A DNA stretch of 64,000 nucleotides from a virus (lineage: Duplodnaviria > Caudoviricetes), in IMG/VR virus record IMGVR_UViG_3300029305_003510, positions 32,001 through 96,000 of that record. One strand, given 5' to 3'. How positions within the stretch are numbered: position 1 is the first letter of the stretch; the number at the start of each line of letters is the position of its first letter. Of this stretch, positions 10,659-19,970 are shown one piece after another. Under the pieces are notes generated by a model. That model was given only the letters and a program-made list of their open reading frames with translations. It ran no database searches and was not told the DNA's origin. The position numbers were made by a program, and so were the translations under genes.

Positions 10659-11981
10659 TTGGCTATTACAGACAAAAGCGATCTGACAAGATTGATCGGA
10701 ACAGCGGCACGCGCTGTATCATCATCTACAGACATTGTAGAGAATCCCAATTCGAATGAAGAAACTCTTATAGAAGCAAAACGAGAACAAGTTTCTGTAA
10801 ATAGTAAAGCACGTTCCATTTATAATACCAAAGCAAATGAGCGAGCAACTATCAATAGAACAATTCCCAAATTGCTTTCTGGTCTCGGTACGAGTGCTGC
10901 TGAAAAAACTCCAGACTTTGACACTTTGGCAAAACAGTATAAAATTCAATACGGACAATCTTATGCGGATTTCACTGATCTGATTGACCATTTCAATCTT
11001 TCACGTCTTCCAAGTTATGAGTCCGTACCGATGCCCTTTATTGGGCATATTATTATGACCCGCCCAAGTCTCTATGTACAACCTTCTACTTCTACATCGT
11101 CTTATAGTGAGTCCAACAGTATTGCTGAAGCACCGAATATGATAAAAAACTTCAACGCATTGAAGAATCATCCAAAGACTTCAGCATTTGTGAATGATGC
11201 ATATGGCCAAAAATTATTGAAGATGCTGAGTGAAAGCAGCAATAGTTATTACATGCCAGTATTCACAACTCGTGCTGCTAGCTATAGCGTAAATGATGTA
11301 CAGTTAAAGACAGTTGAAAAAGGTCAAACATACTATGGTCATACCATTAAATATGCTCACTATAATGAAGAGCATAAGTTTGGTGGATCTATTTCCATCG
11401 ACTTCCGCAATGATTATTATTACAGTATACTGAAGACTGTGTATATTTGGATGGCATATATCGATATCGTATCTCGTGGTGAAATTGTAAAACCGTCCTA
11501 TATTAGCCAAATGAATGGTATTCTGGATTATTGCGGATCAATATATTATCTTGTAACAGATATGAGCATGAGTAAATTGCAGTATTGGGAAAAGCTGACA
11601 GGAGTATTCCCTAGGTCTGCACCCTTCTCTATCTTCAGTTACAATGATATGCCTGGTGTAGAAGATAAGATTTCTATCGAATTTGATTATGGTATGAAAT
11701 CAGATCCTTGTGACCCGAATGTCCTATTTGATCTCAATATGCTTTCCGCCAACTCGTATACACAGGCAGCAAACTTCATGCGATACGGACCCGCGTATCT
11801 GAATCAGCAAAAGACTATCAATTATGCAGATGTAAATCGAAAGTCTGATTGGTCTAAAGCCGTTCGTGCAGATAACTTCAAGGGACCTTTCGGACTTGGT
11901 GATGCTTTTGCTGCAAAACCAATCATTCAAGCAGTGAAGAATGGTAGCACTTTGAACTACTATCTACACTGGCTGCGTTAA
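10659..11981 (+). CDS. Putative baseplate/tail-tube-like structural protein
   Basis: 440 aa; IIMTRPSL and KLTGVFPRSAP motifs resemble tube/initiator proteins of large myophages; late promoter. Confidence 0.55.
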   Translation: MAITDKSDLTRLIGTAARAVSSSTDIVENPNSNEETLIEAKREQVSVNSKARSIYNTKANERATINRTIPKLLSGLGTSAAEKTPDFDTLAKQYKIQYGQSYADFTDLIDHFNLSRLPSYESVPMPFIGHIIMTRPSLYVQPSTSTSSYSESNSIAEAPNMIKNFNALKNHPKTSAFVNDAYGQKLLKMLSESSNSYYMPVFTTRAASYSVNDVQLKTVEKGQTYYGHTIKYAHYNEEHKFGGSISIDFRNDYYYSILKTVYIWMAYIDIVSRGEIVKPSYISQMNGILDYCGSIYYLVTDMSMSKLQYWEKLTGVFPRSAPFSIFSYNDMPGVEDKISIEFDYGMKSDPCDPNVLFDLNMLSANSYTQAANFMRYGPAYLNQQKTINYADVNRKSDWSKAVRADNFKGPFGLGDAFAAKPIIQAVKNGSTLNYYLHWLR

Positions 11982-12010
11982 TTTTATAAACAGGAGGTGA
12001 AATGTAGTTC

Positions 12011-14659
12011 ATGGCTGACAACACAACTGTCCGTAAATTAATAAATCGTGTTGACATTCTAAAGGATTTAACCGAGAATGTAACTCCGATCTATTATCCT
12101 AAGGAATCTTTGGATAAGAATCGTACAGGCTTGTATGGTATGCTGATGGAAGCAATGGCAAATTCCATTGAAGATACTGTGACGCTTGAGCAACGTCGCG
12201 CATCAGATTATTGTCCAGAGCTTTCTACAAGCGAAATCCATGTCAACCAGACTGCAAAGATTCGAGGTGTTGGCATCAATCGGGCAACGCCTGGTAAATG
12301 TTATGCATTACTTGGTGTTCTGAAAAGTGATATTCTTGCTAAGGGCACAACTTATGGTAATGAGATTCGCTTTATCATCGATAGACGCTCTACGATCTTG
12401 TATGGTGGTATTAATTTTTCTCTTGAAGATGATATCATCATCAGAGCAGTAAAACGTGGATCCAGTTATCTGTATACAGCAAACTATACAGGTGAACATT
12501 CTACATATGAATCTTATATTCAAATGTACGAATATGTTAATACACATGGTGAAGAGCTTGTTGCAATGATCTGTCAGATCTATCAGTGTAAATATAACAT
12601 CAGCGACAAGCACGTTACTGATGACATCGAATTTCTTTATGATGGACTGTATTTCGATTATGATAATCGACTGGCAGATTTTGAGGTATACTTCAAACGC
12701 TCTACGAATGATCCTTATACAAAAGTAGAAATGGATCACTATCTCACAATGGCTACTAACTCCAAGTGTCTTTATTATAATGATGACGAAGCTAATCTTC
12801 TTCGCATTATGAATAATCCTGCGCTGAATATTGGTATTAATGCTACGATTCGCGTAGAGATCAAAGAGACTCTTGGTGAAGATGGTCATGTGACGCTGGA
12901 TAATACCACTTCCGCATCTTTCGCTATGTATCAGGATGCCGCATATAACTACAGTGGTGTGCATGTGTTCATTACTATGCTTACAGACACTGTCGCGGCT
13001 GACAATGGAGATACCCTGACAGATGTCAAAAAGAGATTGATCGATGAGAAAACTCGTCGAGATAATATTACCACTGAGCACGATATCATCACATACATTA
13101 ATGATATTGATGCTAACGTACAGCTTGTTAAGAAGCGTAACGATATTCAGGATCGTAACTATTTCATGTACGTTTTGATGCGTTACGGTGACAGGAAGCT
13201 TGCTCCTGCAACTACAAAGAGATTAAATCTTACAGGTGTGCGCACTGTACAGGATTTTGGAGACTTTGACATCTATAACAGTACAGTAGATCGTAAGATT
13301 ATTCATGCTTACAACAAGTTCAAACTACATGTGGTAGACGGTGAGCCTGATCAGGACTATGTCACAAAATGTCCGATCAATGAGAATGAACCTAATACGT
13401 ACTATTTAACTTGTCCGTATATGATTCTCATCAATGATCTAAATATCGCGTCCTACTACTTCACCAGTGTGGATGAGTCTGTTGTATTAAGCATGAAGAT
13501 CGCAAACAATCTTTTCCCCTTCCAGATGATCAGTAGATCTGTAGATGTATTCCGTGATGCACATAATCCTGATACACATGACATCTATAGATTTACAATT
13601 AAAGGATCACTAAATACCGAAAATGACTCTCTGTTGGTTGATGATGAAGGAAACATTATTGATAGAGAGGCAGTCATATGTCATCTCTTCTTCCCACTGG
13701 AAGGTAGTCCTATCGCATATTTACCTATGACGATCGATAGCTATAATCAACAAACCCGTGAATTCACTTTCACTGGCACAATTCGCACCAATGACTATAT
13801 TACCGAAGTTGATAAGCTTGAGATTATAGAAGGTCTTTATGCAATTGGGTCTGATAAAAGATACAACTCAGTTATCGATTTCAAAGACGCATCTTTCCAA
13901 GTAAGTTTCATGTTTAAACAGGATGATCCTGATGGTATCTATATGAGGGATGATAGTGTCTATACGATGCTTCCAAGCTCTTATACCGACGGGTACGTTC
14001 TGATGAATTCTTACTACAATAATCCGAATAATCTTTACAATCTCATTTTGGAATTCAGCAAGTTCAGTAGATCTCCTACAATCGTCTCTAAAGTGAGCGA
14101 TACGAACTATGATTATTCGGTTGGATCTGTCCCATTCTTTGAGTTTGAATTCGGTAAGACTCACACCGCGGAGCTATTTGATACGTTCAAACATATGACA
14201 ATTGTGTACGGCTCTCTGTTAAAATTGACTACCGATTTCGAGATCGCATTGAAGTTTATCGCAACATATGGACCGTCGAAATATATCACCGTAACTGGTG
14301 GGAGGATGGAAGATGGTGGTGAAGTTACTGCATATCTGAATAATCTCACGCCTACGATTTATTTCAAGGTCTATGGTCTCGGCGCTCCCGTAGATGAGAT
14401 TCGACAATTCATCTATGAATATCTACGTGACACCTACATTGTAGATACACAGGTGTTCATGTCGAATGTATGTACTATGGTAGAGAGTAAGTTCTCCTCT
14501 GTGCGATCAATCAAGTATATGGGAATCGATAATTTCAACGGCTCTTATCAGGAATTCACATATCTAAAACCTGCATTTGTTAGCCGTGATATCGTTACTC
14601 GATATATCCCTGAACAACTTAATGTGACTAACATCCAGATTGAACTGGATGAAACTTAA
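12011..14659 (+). CDS. Putative baseplate wedge protein (T4 gp6-like)
   Basis: 882 aa, beta-rich; RDNITTEHD motif like the 'R.VT..DY' of gp6/baseplate-J proteins; gene context. Confidence 0.55.
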   Translation: MADNTTVRKLINRVDILKDLTENVTPIYYPKESLDKNRTGLYGMLMEAMANSIEDTVTLEQRRASDYCPELSTSEIHVNQTAKIRGVGINRATPGKCYALLGVLKSDILAKGTTYGNEIRFIIDRRSTILYGGINFSLEDDIIIRAVKRGSSYLYTANYTGEHSTYESYIQMYEYVNTHGEELVAMICQIYQCKYNISDKHVTDDIEFLYDGLYFDYDNRLADFEVYFKRSTNDPYTKVEMDHYLTMATNSKCLYYNDDEANLLRIMNNPALNIGINATIRVEIKETLGEDGHVTLDNTTSASFAMYQDAAYNYSGVHVFITMLTDTVAADNGDTLTDVKKRLIDEKTRRDNITTEHDIITYINDIDANVQLVKKRNDIQDRNYFMYVLMRYGDRKLAPATTKRLNLTGVRTVQDFGDFDIYNSTVDRKIIHAYNKFKLHVVDGEPDQDYVTKCPINENEPNTYYLTCPYMILINDLNIASYYFTSVDESVVLSMKIANNLFPFQMISRSVDVFRDAHNPDTHDIYRFTIKGSLNTENDSLLVDDEGNIIDREAVICHLFFPLEGSPIAYLPMTIDSYNQQTREFTFTGTIRTNDYITEVDKLEIIEGLYAIGSDKRYNSVIDFKDASFQVSFMFKQDDPDGIYMRDDSVYTMLPSSYTDGYVLMNSYYNNPNNLYNLILEFSKFSRSPTIVSKVSDTNYDYSVGSVPFFEFEFGKTHTAELFDTFKHMTIVYGSLLKLTTDFEIALKFIATYGPSKYITVTGGRMEDGGEVTAYLNNLTPTIYFKVYGLGAPVDEIRQFIYEYLRDTYIVDTQVFMSNVCTMVESKFSSVRSIKYMGIDNFNGSYQEFTYLKPAFVSRDIVTRYIPEQLNVTNIQIELDET

Positions 14660-14683
14660 AAGTCAAGGAGGCAATGATAAGTC

Positions 14684-15481
14684 ATGAGAAAGATTTCTTA
14701 CCCTGAATACAAGAGACGTGTATTCAATGAAGCTCTTCTGGAATGTTTCTGTCAGATTCATGGACAGGTTCTGAATGGCGACTGCGCTGAAGATCAAATG
14801 TGTGATGAGCGTTTGGCTGGTATGGCTAAACGTCTCTGCCACACTTTCTTCGAGGATGAGTTGAAGCTGAAGACTTCTACCATCAGCCAGACCAAGGCCC
14901 GTATCTCTGAAGCGGCTGAGTTCATCAAGGACTGTGCCGATACTGCTGAAGAGATCGCTGAGAAAAAGGCTGATCTGGCCGAAGAGGAGAAGATCGAGGT
15001 TACCGATGAGGATAATATCGAACTGTCTCCTGAAGAGGAAGGTGTTATTGCTCAGCTGTTCGATAGTAAAGCTCCTACCCCTCAGGTTAACGCTATCCGC
15101 GATGCTACTGTGAAGGCTCTGCTTGCTGAGGATCGTAAGGCCGAAGAGATCCGTCAGTCTATTGATATTGCACAATCCAAGGTTGCGGCTGGTGCTGCAC
15201 CTGAGACTCTGGAAGAGACTGTGAATCGTCTGAATAAGATTGGTCCTACTTCTCTGATGAATGCGATCATGAACAATGTATCCGCTGCAGCTATCAAGGA
15301 TATTAATGAGAGTGGTAGATTCAGTTCTGTCGGTAAAGCTCTCTCTGAGAATGCTGATGAGATCAAAAGTCGTGCAGTTGCTATTTACGCACTGTATGAG
15401 ACCTCCAGTGTTCTGGGTATTCATAAATATACCAGCGCTGAAGTGAAGAAGCTGGCTCTGGATATTTTCTATGAAAAGTAA
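14684..15481 (+). CDS. Putative head/scaffold-like virion protein
   Basis: 265 aa, acidic and helical, with many FNE/ISE/LEE/INE/LSE motifs; strong SD. Confidence 0.6.
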   Translation: MRKISYPEYKRRVFNEALLECFCQIHGQVLNGDCAEDQMCDERLAGMAKRLCHTFFEDELKLKTSTISQTKARISEAAEFIKDCADTAEEIAEKKADLAEEEKIEVTDEDNIELSPEEEGVIAQLFDSKAPTPQVNAIRDATVKALLAEDRKAEEIRQSIDIAQSKVAAGAAPETLEETVNRLNKIGPTSLMNAIMNNVSAAAIKDINESGRFSSVGKALSENADEIKSRAVAIYALYETSSVLGIHKYTSAEVKKLALDIFYEK

Positions 15482-15488
15482 AAACAAG

Positions 15489-15515
15489 GAACCCCGAGGT
15501 TATTCCTCGGGGTTC
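15489..15515. terminator. Bidirectional intrinsic terminator
   Basis: GAACCCCGAGG-ttatt-CCTCGGGGTTC between convergent genes. Confidence 0.8.
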
Positions 15516-16027
15516 TTGTAATTTACATTCTCAGAAATCAGTTTCTTAGGAGTCGTATCAGCAGGGTCATAATATCTCAACTGGCCTGCCATCTTAGCGA
15601 TACTCCATGCTTCATATCGATCAACAAATCTTCCAGATGTTGTCAGGAATCCTTGTTCCTCTCGATCCATATCACGATCAGTTTTATACAATTCCATGTT
15701 TGCGAAAGATTCGATACATTGACCATGGTTGCCGCCTATTACGTACTTGGCAGTATCTTCGCCTTTGATGTAATATTTGATAGCAGCGCACATAATGTAT
15801 TCAGGTTCAACGATCTTTGTGAATCTCTTCATCTGATAACCATCTCGCTCCACCACTTCATTCCACATATTAGCAGGACGAACATAGATAGGTTTATCGC
15901 CATATAAAGCCTGATAGACAACCATATCTTCCATAGTCTCACTATGCTTTGCAATAGCGATGACCTTATAAAGATTACCTTTAAAATGTCGGTATTTACT
16001 ACCGATACTGATTTCATTAAAAGTCAT
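15500..16027 (-). CDS. DUF1653-like domain fused to a second phage hypothetical domain
   Basis: YRHFKGNLYKV..AKHSET.E.MVVYQALYG...YVRP is the DUF1653 signature; C-terminal part CAAI...GFLTTSGRFVDR. Confidence 0.8.
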   Translation of the reverse strand: MTFNEISIGSKYRHFKGNLYKVIAIAKHSETMEDMVVYQALYGDKPIYVRPANMWNEVVERDGYQMKRFTKIVEPEYIMCAAIKYYIKGEDTAKYVIGGNHGQCIESFANMELYKTDRDMDREEQGFLTTSGRFVDRYEAWSIAKMAGQLRYYDPADTTPKKLISENVNYKNPEE

Positions 16028-16060
16028 ATTAAAATCCCTCTTTCGGGTTTATTGTATTTA

Positions 16061-16147
16061 TGGTGGAGGATAAGGAACTCGAATCCTTATGAAATTACTT
16101 TCACTAGACCCTGAATCTAGCGCGTCTGCCAATTCCGCCAATCCTCC
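16061..16147 (-). tRNA. tRNA-Leu (anticodon CAG), CCA encoded
   Basis: Acceptor stem GGAGGAT/ATCCTCC followed by A-CCA; D arm GGCGGAATTGGCAGACGC; anticodon arm CTAGA-TTCAGGG-TCTAG; long variable arm; T arm AAGGA-TTCGAGT-TCCTT. Confidence 0.93.
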
Positions 16148-16197
16148 ACATTTAATATATGTGTACTACTCAAGCCTTCTTCCAACAAGTAGTACGT

Positions 16198-16268
16198 GCA
16201 TCAGTCCGATCCGTATTTACAGCCCGGTCTAGGCTTTTCAGTCATAAGACTACTTAGCATGCCGATGC
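16198..16268 (-). ncRNA. Candidate small multi-stem RNA between tRNA-like elements
   Basis: Closing stem GCATCGG/CTGATGC with internal hairpins AGTC-TTAT-GACT and AGCCT-AGACC-GGGCT. Confidence 0.35.
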
Positions 16269-16275
16269 GTCCCTG

Positions 16276-16381
16276 TGCATAAAGTGGGATTCGAACCCAC
16301 GGGCCCGGAGGTATAGGATCTATAGGCATCCACCTATCAGGCTCTAGCCAAGTCAACATTAAACCACTCTGTCATTTATAC
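16276..16381 (-). ncRNA. tRNA-like RNA with canonical acceptor, D and T arms but an aberrant expanded anticodon region
   Basis: Acceptor GTATAAA/TTTATGC; D arm ACA-GAGTGGTTTAA-TGT; T arm GTGGG-TTCGAAT-CCCAC; ~54-nt central region without a 7-nt anticodon loop. Confidence 0.6.
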
Positions 16382-16400
16382 ATATTTAAAAGAATTCACC

Positions 16401-16665
16401 GTGTGCCTGTTTACCTATATTTCTGTCACCCAGTGCCGGCGACGTACTTTATAGCCAGGCTTCAGCAATACAGGGCACTACTCCCGTAAAGCCCAGGGGC
16501 ACGGCTACTCTACTCCCTGAAGATCGACTAGCTTTATCTCACGATCAAAGTGATCCCGCCCAGCTACCCATTCACCGTAGGATCTTAAAGCTGCGCCTCC
16601 CATTAGGTGCGACCTAAATATACCGGATTTCACTCCGATACCCTTACAGCAGGAAAGAGGCATAT
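16401..16665 (-). ncRNA. Candidate ~265-nt structured RNA
   Basis: GC-rich, no ORF; ends pair (ATGCCTCTTTCCT / AGGTAAACAGGCAC); internal hairpin TATCGGA-GTGAAA-TCCGGTA. Confidence 0.4.
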
Positions 16666-16669
16666 ATGT

Positions 16670-16765
16670 AAAACCGCTTAGATTATCACATTTGTTGCTC
16701 GCATAGGAGCGATGTCGTTATTAGATGCCAGCAAGTGGCACAATCTCATTTATACAAACAGTTTT
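16670..16765 (-). ncRNA. Candidate ~95-nt multi-branch RNA
   Basis: Closing stem AAAACTGTTTG/TAAGCGGTTTT; inner AGATTG/TAATCT; hairpins TGCCA-CTTGC-TGGCA and GCTC-CTATGC-GAGC. Confidence 0.4.
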
Positions 16766-16786
16766 CAGCGATGTTACATTCAAACG

Positions 16787-17032
16787 GATGTAGGTATGGA
16801 TTTGCACCATACATAAGCACACTTCCTTCTGACGATAAAATCGTTCATGGGCTAACAGGCGTCACCATGATCGGATGGATTACCACTACTTGCGATTAGC
16901 CGGGTCTACCATACCTGCACTCTTACCGACATCACAGTAGTTTGGGTATTGTGCTCTTACCTTTAAGCGTCTACTTGTTGTCACCAATAGCAGTGACTTT
17001 ACCACAATTAGTGTCTATTCCGCCACTACATC
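16787..17032 (-). ncRNA. tRNA-Leu-scaffolded ncRNA (~246 nt) with large inserts in the D loop and anticodon region
   Basis: Acceptor GATGTAG/CTACATC; TGGCGGAATAG...GTAGACGC split D arm; T arm GTATGG-TGCAAAT-CCATAC; late-promoter variant AACAATATTTATA at 17038-17050. Confidence 0.6.
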
Positions 17033-17049
17033 ACGATTATAAATATTGT

Positions 17050-17430
17050 TTAGGTGTCAATCTCAATATAAATGAGTCGACCAGTGCGACTGATATCAAA
17101 GATCTCTTTGATAAAATCCTCATTGATTGTAGAAGAGTCATATGCAAACTCATAATTCTCGGAGATATAATCAAGAACCTCATCGATCTTGTCATCCATC
17201 AGTTCCTCAATTACATCGGCCATAGTTTTACTGAGTTCTTTATCAGTGATGTTGATATCTTTCTTTCTACGAAGAATAAAACCAGAATTCTTTGTCGTCT
17301 GAAGCTCAACAACATCACCATAATCTTCACAAATCGCTTTTGTTACCGATTTGGCAAGATCCTTCATATCATACAACGTCAGCAAAGTGTGCATCACCGA
17401 CAGATGCACATATTTGTCATTCATTTTCAT
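17050..17430 (-). CDS. Hypothetical protein
   Basis: 126-aa acidic ORF. Confidence 0.7.
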   Translation of the reverse strand: MKMNDKYVHLSVMHTLLTLYDMKDLAKSVTKAICEDYGDVVELQTTKNSGFILRRKKDINITDKELSKTMADVIEELMDDKIDEVLDYISENYEFAYDSSTINEDFIKEIFDISRTGRLIYIEIDT

Positions 17431-17552
17431 ATTTAGTATACCCCCAAAAGTTTCTTTGAAAAATTGGAATCCCTCAGCGATTCCTAAATATACATTATGT
17501 CTTGAAACTAAAAACTGAAGTGATGAATCTATATCGCTGTTAATAATTCTTT

Positions 17553-18233
17553 TTATACTTCTCCTATTTTCTGGAGAACAATCCTACCAACGGAGATTCC
17601 TTCTTTGATTGTTTTACGGCTCTTCAATTTCTTATAAATGTAATCAGATTCATGCTTCACTAAATATCTAACTGTGATTTCCACACGAGGAAGCAAACTG
17701 TACCATTTACTAATCTCTCCTCGCCAGAAGATATCATCATCTGCAATTAGTACATCAGTGAGCATATCAGTATAGCACTTCTCAATGTTATCATAATCTG
17801 GTTTATCAACTGGATTTAATAATTGCGCCTCAAATAAAATCACCTCATCTGGTGGAACTTTGTTTGGCATTTCAAGGAAAATATTAAAAGATATCTCCGC
17901 AGGAGTGTTGATCATATGCAATGTATCAACAACCTGTTTCATTGCTTTTTCAAAATACTTTTTATTCGCAGATGCATTCGGAGAAAACGTGTGTCCATTG
18001 GCAGTGCGAGGCCTGTCTGTCTTCATAGGATACTCATACAGCACTATTCGAATGGATTCATATTCCCGTTCTTTCATGATAAGAAGTGCCTTCTCACGGG
18101 CTTTCTTGATCCATTTATCTGGATTCTTCTGTGTAGAAAGATATTGACGCACACGCTCTGTTGCATCAGTAATTCGATCATGATACTTTGCATCGTATTC
18201 GGCAAGTTTCTGATCTCGAGATTTAATCTTCAT
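17553..18233 (-). CDS. rusA: RusA-like Holliday junction resolvase
   Basis: RPR motif, KPDYDNIEK..TD.L...LIADDD, K.YS..PRVEI. Confidence 0.85.
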   Translation of the reverse strand: MKIKSRDQKLAEYDAKYHDRITDATERVRQYLSTQKNPDKWIKKAREKALLIMKEREYESIRIVLYEYPMKTDRPRTANGHTFSPNASANKKYFEKAMKQVVDTLHMINTPAEISFNIFLEMPNKVPPDEVILFEAQLLNPVDKPDYDNIEKCYTDMLTDVLIADDDIFWRGEISKWYSLLPRVEITVRYLVKHESDYIYKKLKSRKTIKEGISVGRIVLQKIGEV

Positions 18234-18325
18234 AACGAAGTACCACCTTCATCATTATTATATTTTTATCTCTGTGATCAAAAGATAACGAGACGGACAG
18301 TAAGCCCGTCTCGTTTTTCTTATTC

Positions 18326-19930
18326 TTATACGTTCTTCGTATACTGCAGAGAAATCCAACCGCCGGTATTAAGTCTACCCCAGCCGTTCTTCTCTTCAAC
18401 GATCTGATATACACCGCGATCTCGAATACACTGTGCAACTTTATAAGTAGTACCAGGACCAGTACGAACATTCAGTGCAGTTGCAGTAACACGGACATTA
18501 CGAGGCAGTGCATTTTCATTGGAAACAGATACAGCTTCAGCGATATCCTTAGCATCAACCCAGCCGTACACGTTGGAGCCTCCACCAGAAATAGCCACTA
18601 GATGATACGGATGTTTGCCCTTTGCATAAATTTGCGTAATCTTGGCTTTACCAGGCTTACAAGCAGGACCGGAAGTAGCATTGGCAGAACTGAAATGCTT
18701 GGTACCAATGAAGTTGACGATAGCACCAACCTTCAGATCCGTCGCAGTGTTAGTAGTGGTTCCAGAAGGAATGGTAGTTGTCGTAGTAGACTTCGCGTAC
18801 TTGTTGTAATAGTTCTGACCATACTCCGCACGCTTCTTCTGAACAGACTCGCTCTGGTTTGCCGGACGTTCAAATTTCAAAAGAACGACATCAGAAGCCT
18901 CACGAACAGAGGTAGCATTCTTCAAAACCTTCAGCACAGCTGCATAAGATTCAGACATTTCCTTCATAAGGAAATCACACTGCATCTTCCAGTCACCGAT
19001 ACTCTTCTTGACAGACTTCGCATATTTCAGAAGATTATCCTTACGAGACCAGTAAGTCCACTGAGCAAGACCATATCCCGCAGAGTCTTTCCCAAAGTTT
19101 TTATACTTTCCGTTATCAACGGCTTCCGTATAAGAAGCATCAGTATAACCAAGCTTCTTCTCGAACGTATTCTGAAGATTATTGGAACGCAGACCAGATT
19201 CTGCATACAGGTTGCCCATAAGACCGGCAACACCAAAAGCGTTCCCAATCTTAGAAAGCAGATAGTCATACATAGACTTCTCATCCGCAGCAGAACCAGT
19301 GCTTACTGTACCAGATACAGTAGTAGCGGTATTAGAAGTGCTAGGCGTAGTAGCTGCAACAGTCTGATCACTGTAATCAATGTACGGAAGCTTGCCGTGC
19401 TTAGTCCATACACGAGCATTATAACCAGCCTTGTTACCAATATTACCAACAGCGGTAATCTGGACGTTATTGCTCCAACGAGGAGTGCACTCCACTGCAA
19501 GTCCATTACCAATGTATACACCGATATGACCAGCGCACCAGACCGCCTCGCCAGGAACCATGTTATCCCAACCGGTGGTAGATACACCTGTACATACTTT
19601 GATCATCTGATCTGCGCCAATATCAGGTACACCATTGCTGGTATAGGTAGCTCCGCCATAAATTTTGCTAGCATCACCGAACCATCCCCACAGAATACCT
19701 TTAATGAGACAGACACAGTCAAATCCAAAGGTATCAGAAGATGCTGCGTTGATCATAGCTTTGCGACTCGCCTGCGCATTATAGTTATTATGAGCACCAT
19801 TATTAATGTAACGATTTTTATTCGTTGCATTCATTGGTGCACCAAAACAGCCAATAACATACAGAGTCTTGTGATTCTTAGCGACATCGACCAGTTTGTC
19901 GATGAAAACTTTAGATTTCATAGCACTCAT
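18326..19930 (-). CDS. Modular endolysin: NlpC/P60-CHAP-like domain + phage tail-lysozyme domain + SH3b-type cell-wall binding domains
   Basis: FDCVCLIKGILWG and GHIGVYIG; AGLMGNLYAESG...GYGLAQWT...FERPA; C-terminal LNVRTGPGT...GWGRL..GGWISL. Confidence 0.85.
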   Translation of the reverse strand: MSAMKSKVFIDKLVDVAKNHKTLYVIGCFGAPMNATNKNRYINNGAHNNYNAQASRKAMINAASSDTFGFDCVCLIKGILWGWFGDASKIYGGATYTSNGVPDIGADQMIKVCTGVSTTGWDNMVPGEAVWCAGHIGVYIGNGLAVECTPRWSNNVQITAVGNIGNKAGYNARVWTKHGKLPYIDYSDQTVAATTPSTSNTATTVSGTVSTGSAADEKSMYDYLLSKIGNAFGVAGLMGNLYAESGLRSNNLQNTFEKKLGYTDASYTEAVDNGKYKNFGKDSAGYGLAQWTYWSRKDNLLKYAKSVKKSIGDWKMQCDFLMKEMSESYAAVLKVLKNATSVREASDVVLLKFERPANQSESVQKKRAEYGQNYYNKYAKSTTTTTIPSGTTTNTATDLKVGAIVNFIGTKHFSSANATSGPACKPGKAKITQIYAKGKHPYHLVAISGGGSNVYGWVDAKDIAEAVSVSNENALPRNVRVTATALNVRTGPGTTYKVAQCIRDRGVYQIVEEKNGWGRLNTGGWISLQYTKNV

Positions 19931-19970
19931 GATATATAGTCTCCTTTCATAAGCTTATATAAGAGTTCTA

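Noticed and set aside
16030-16060. Theta (HDV-like) ribozyme 3' of tRNA-Leu
   Set aside because: The tRNA already encodes CCA, and the short downstream spacer leads directly into the SD of the next gene; no nested double-pseudoknot is recognisable
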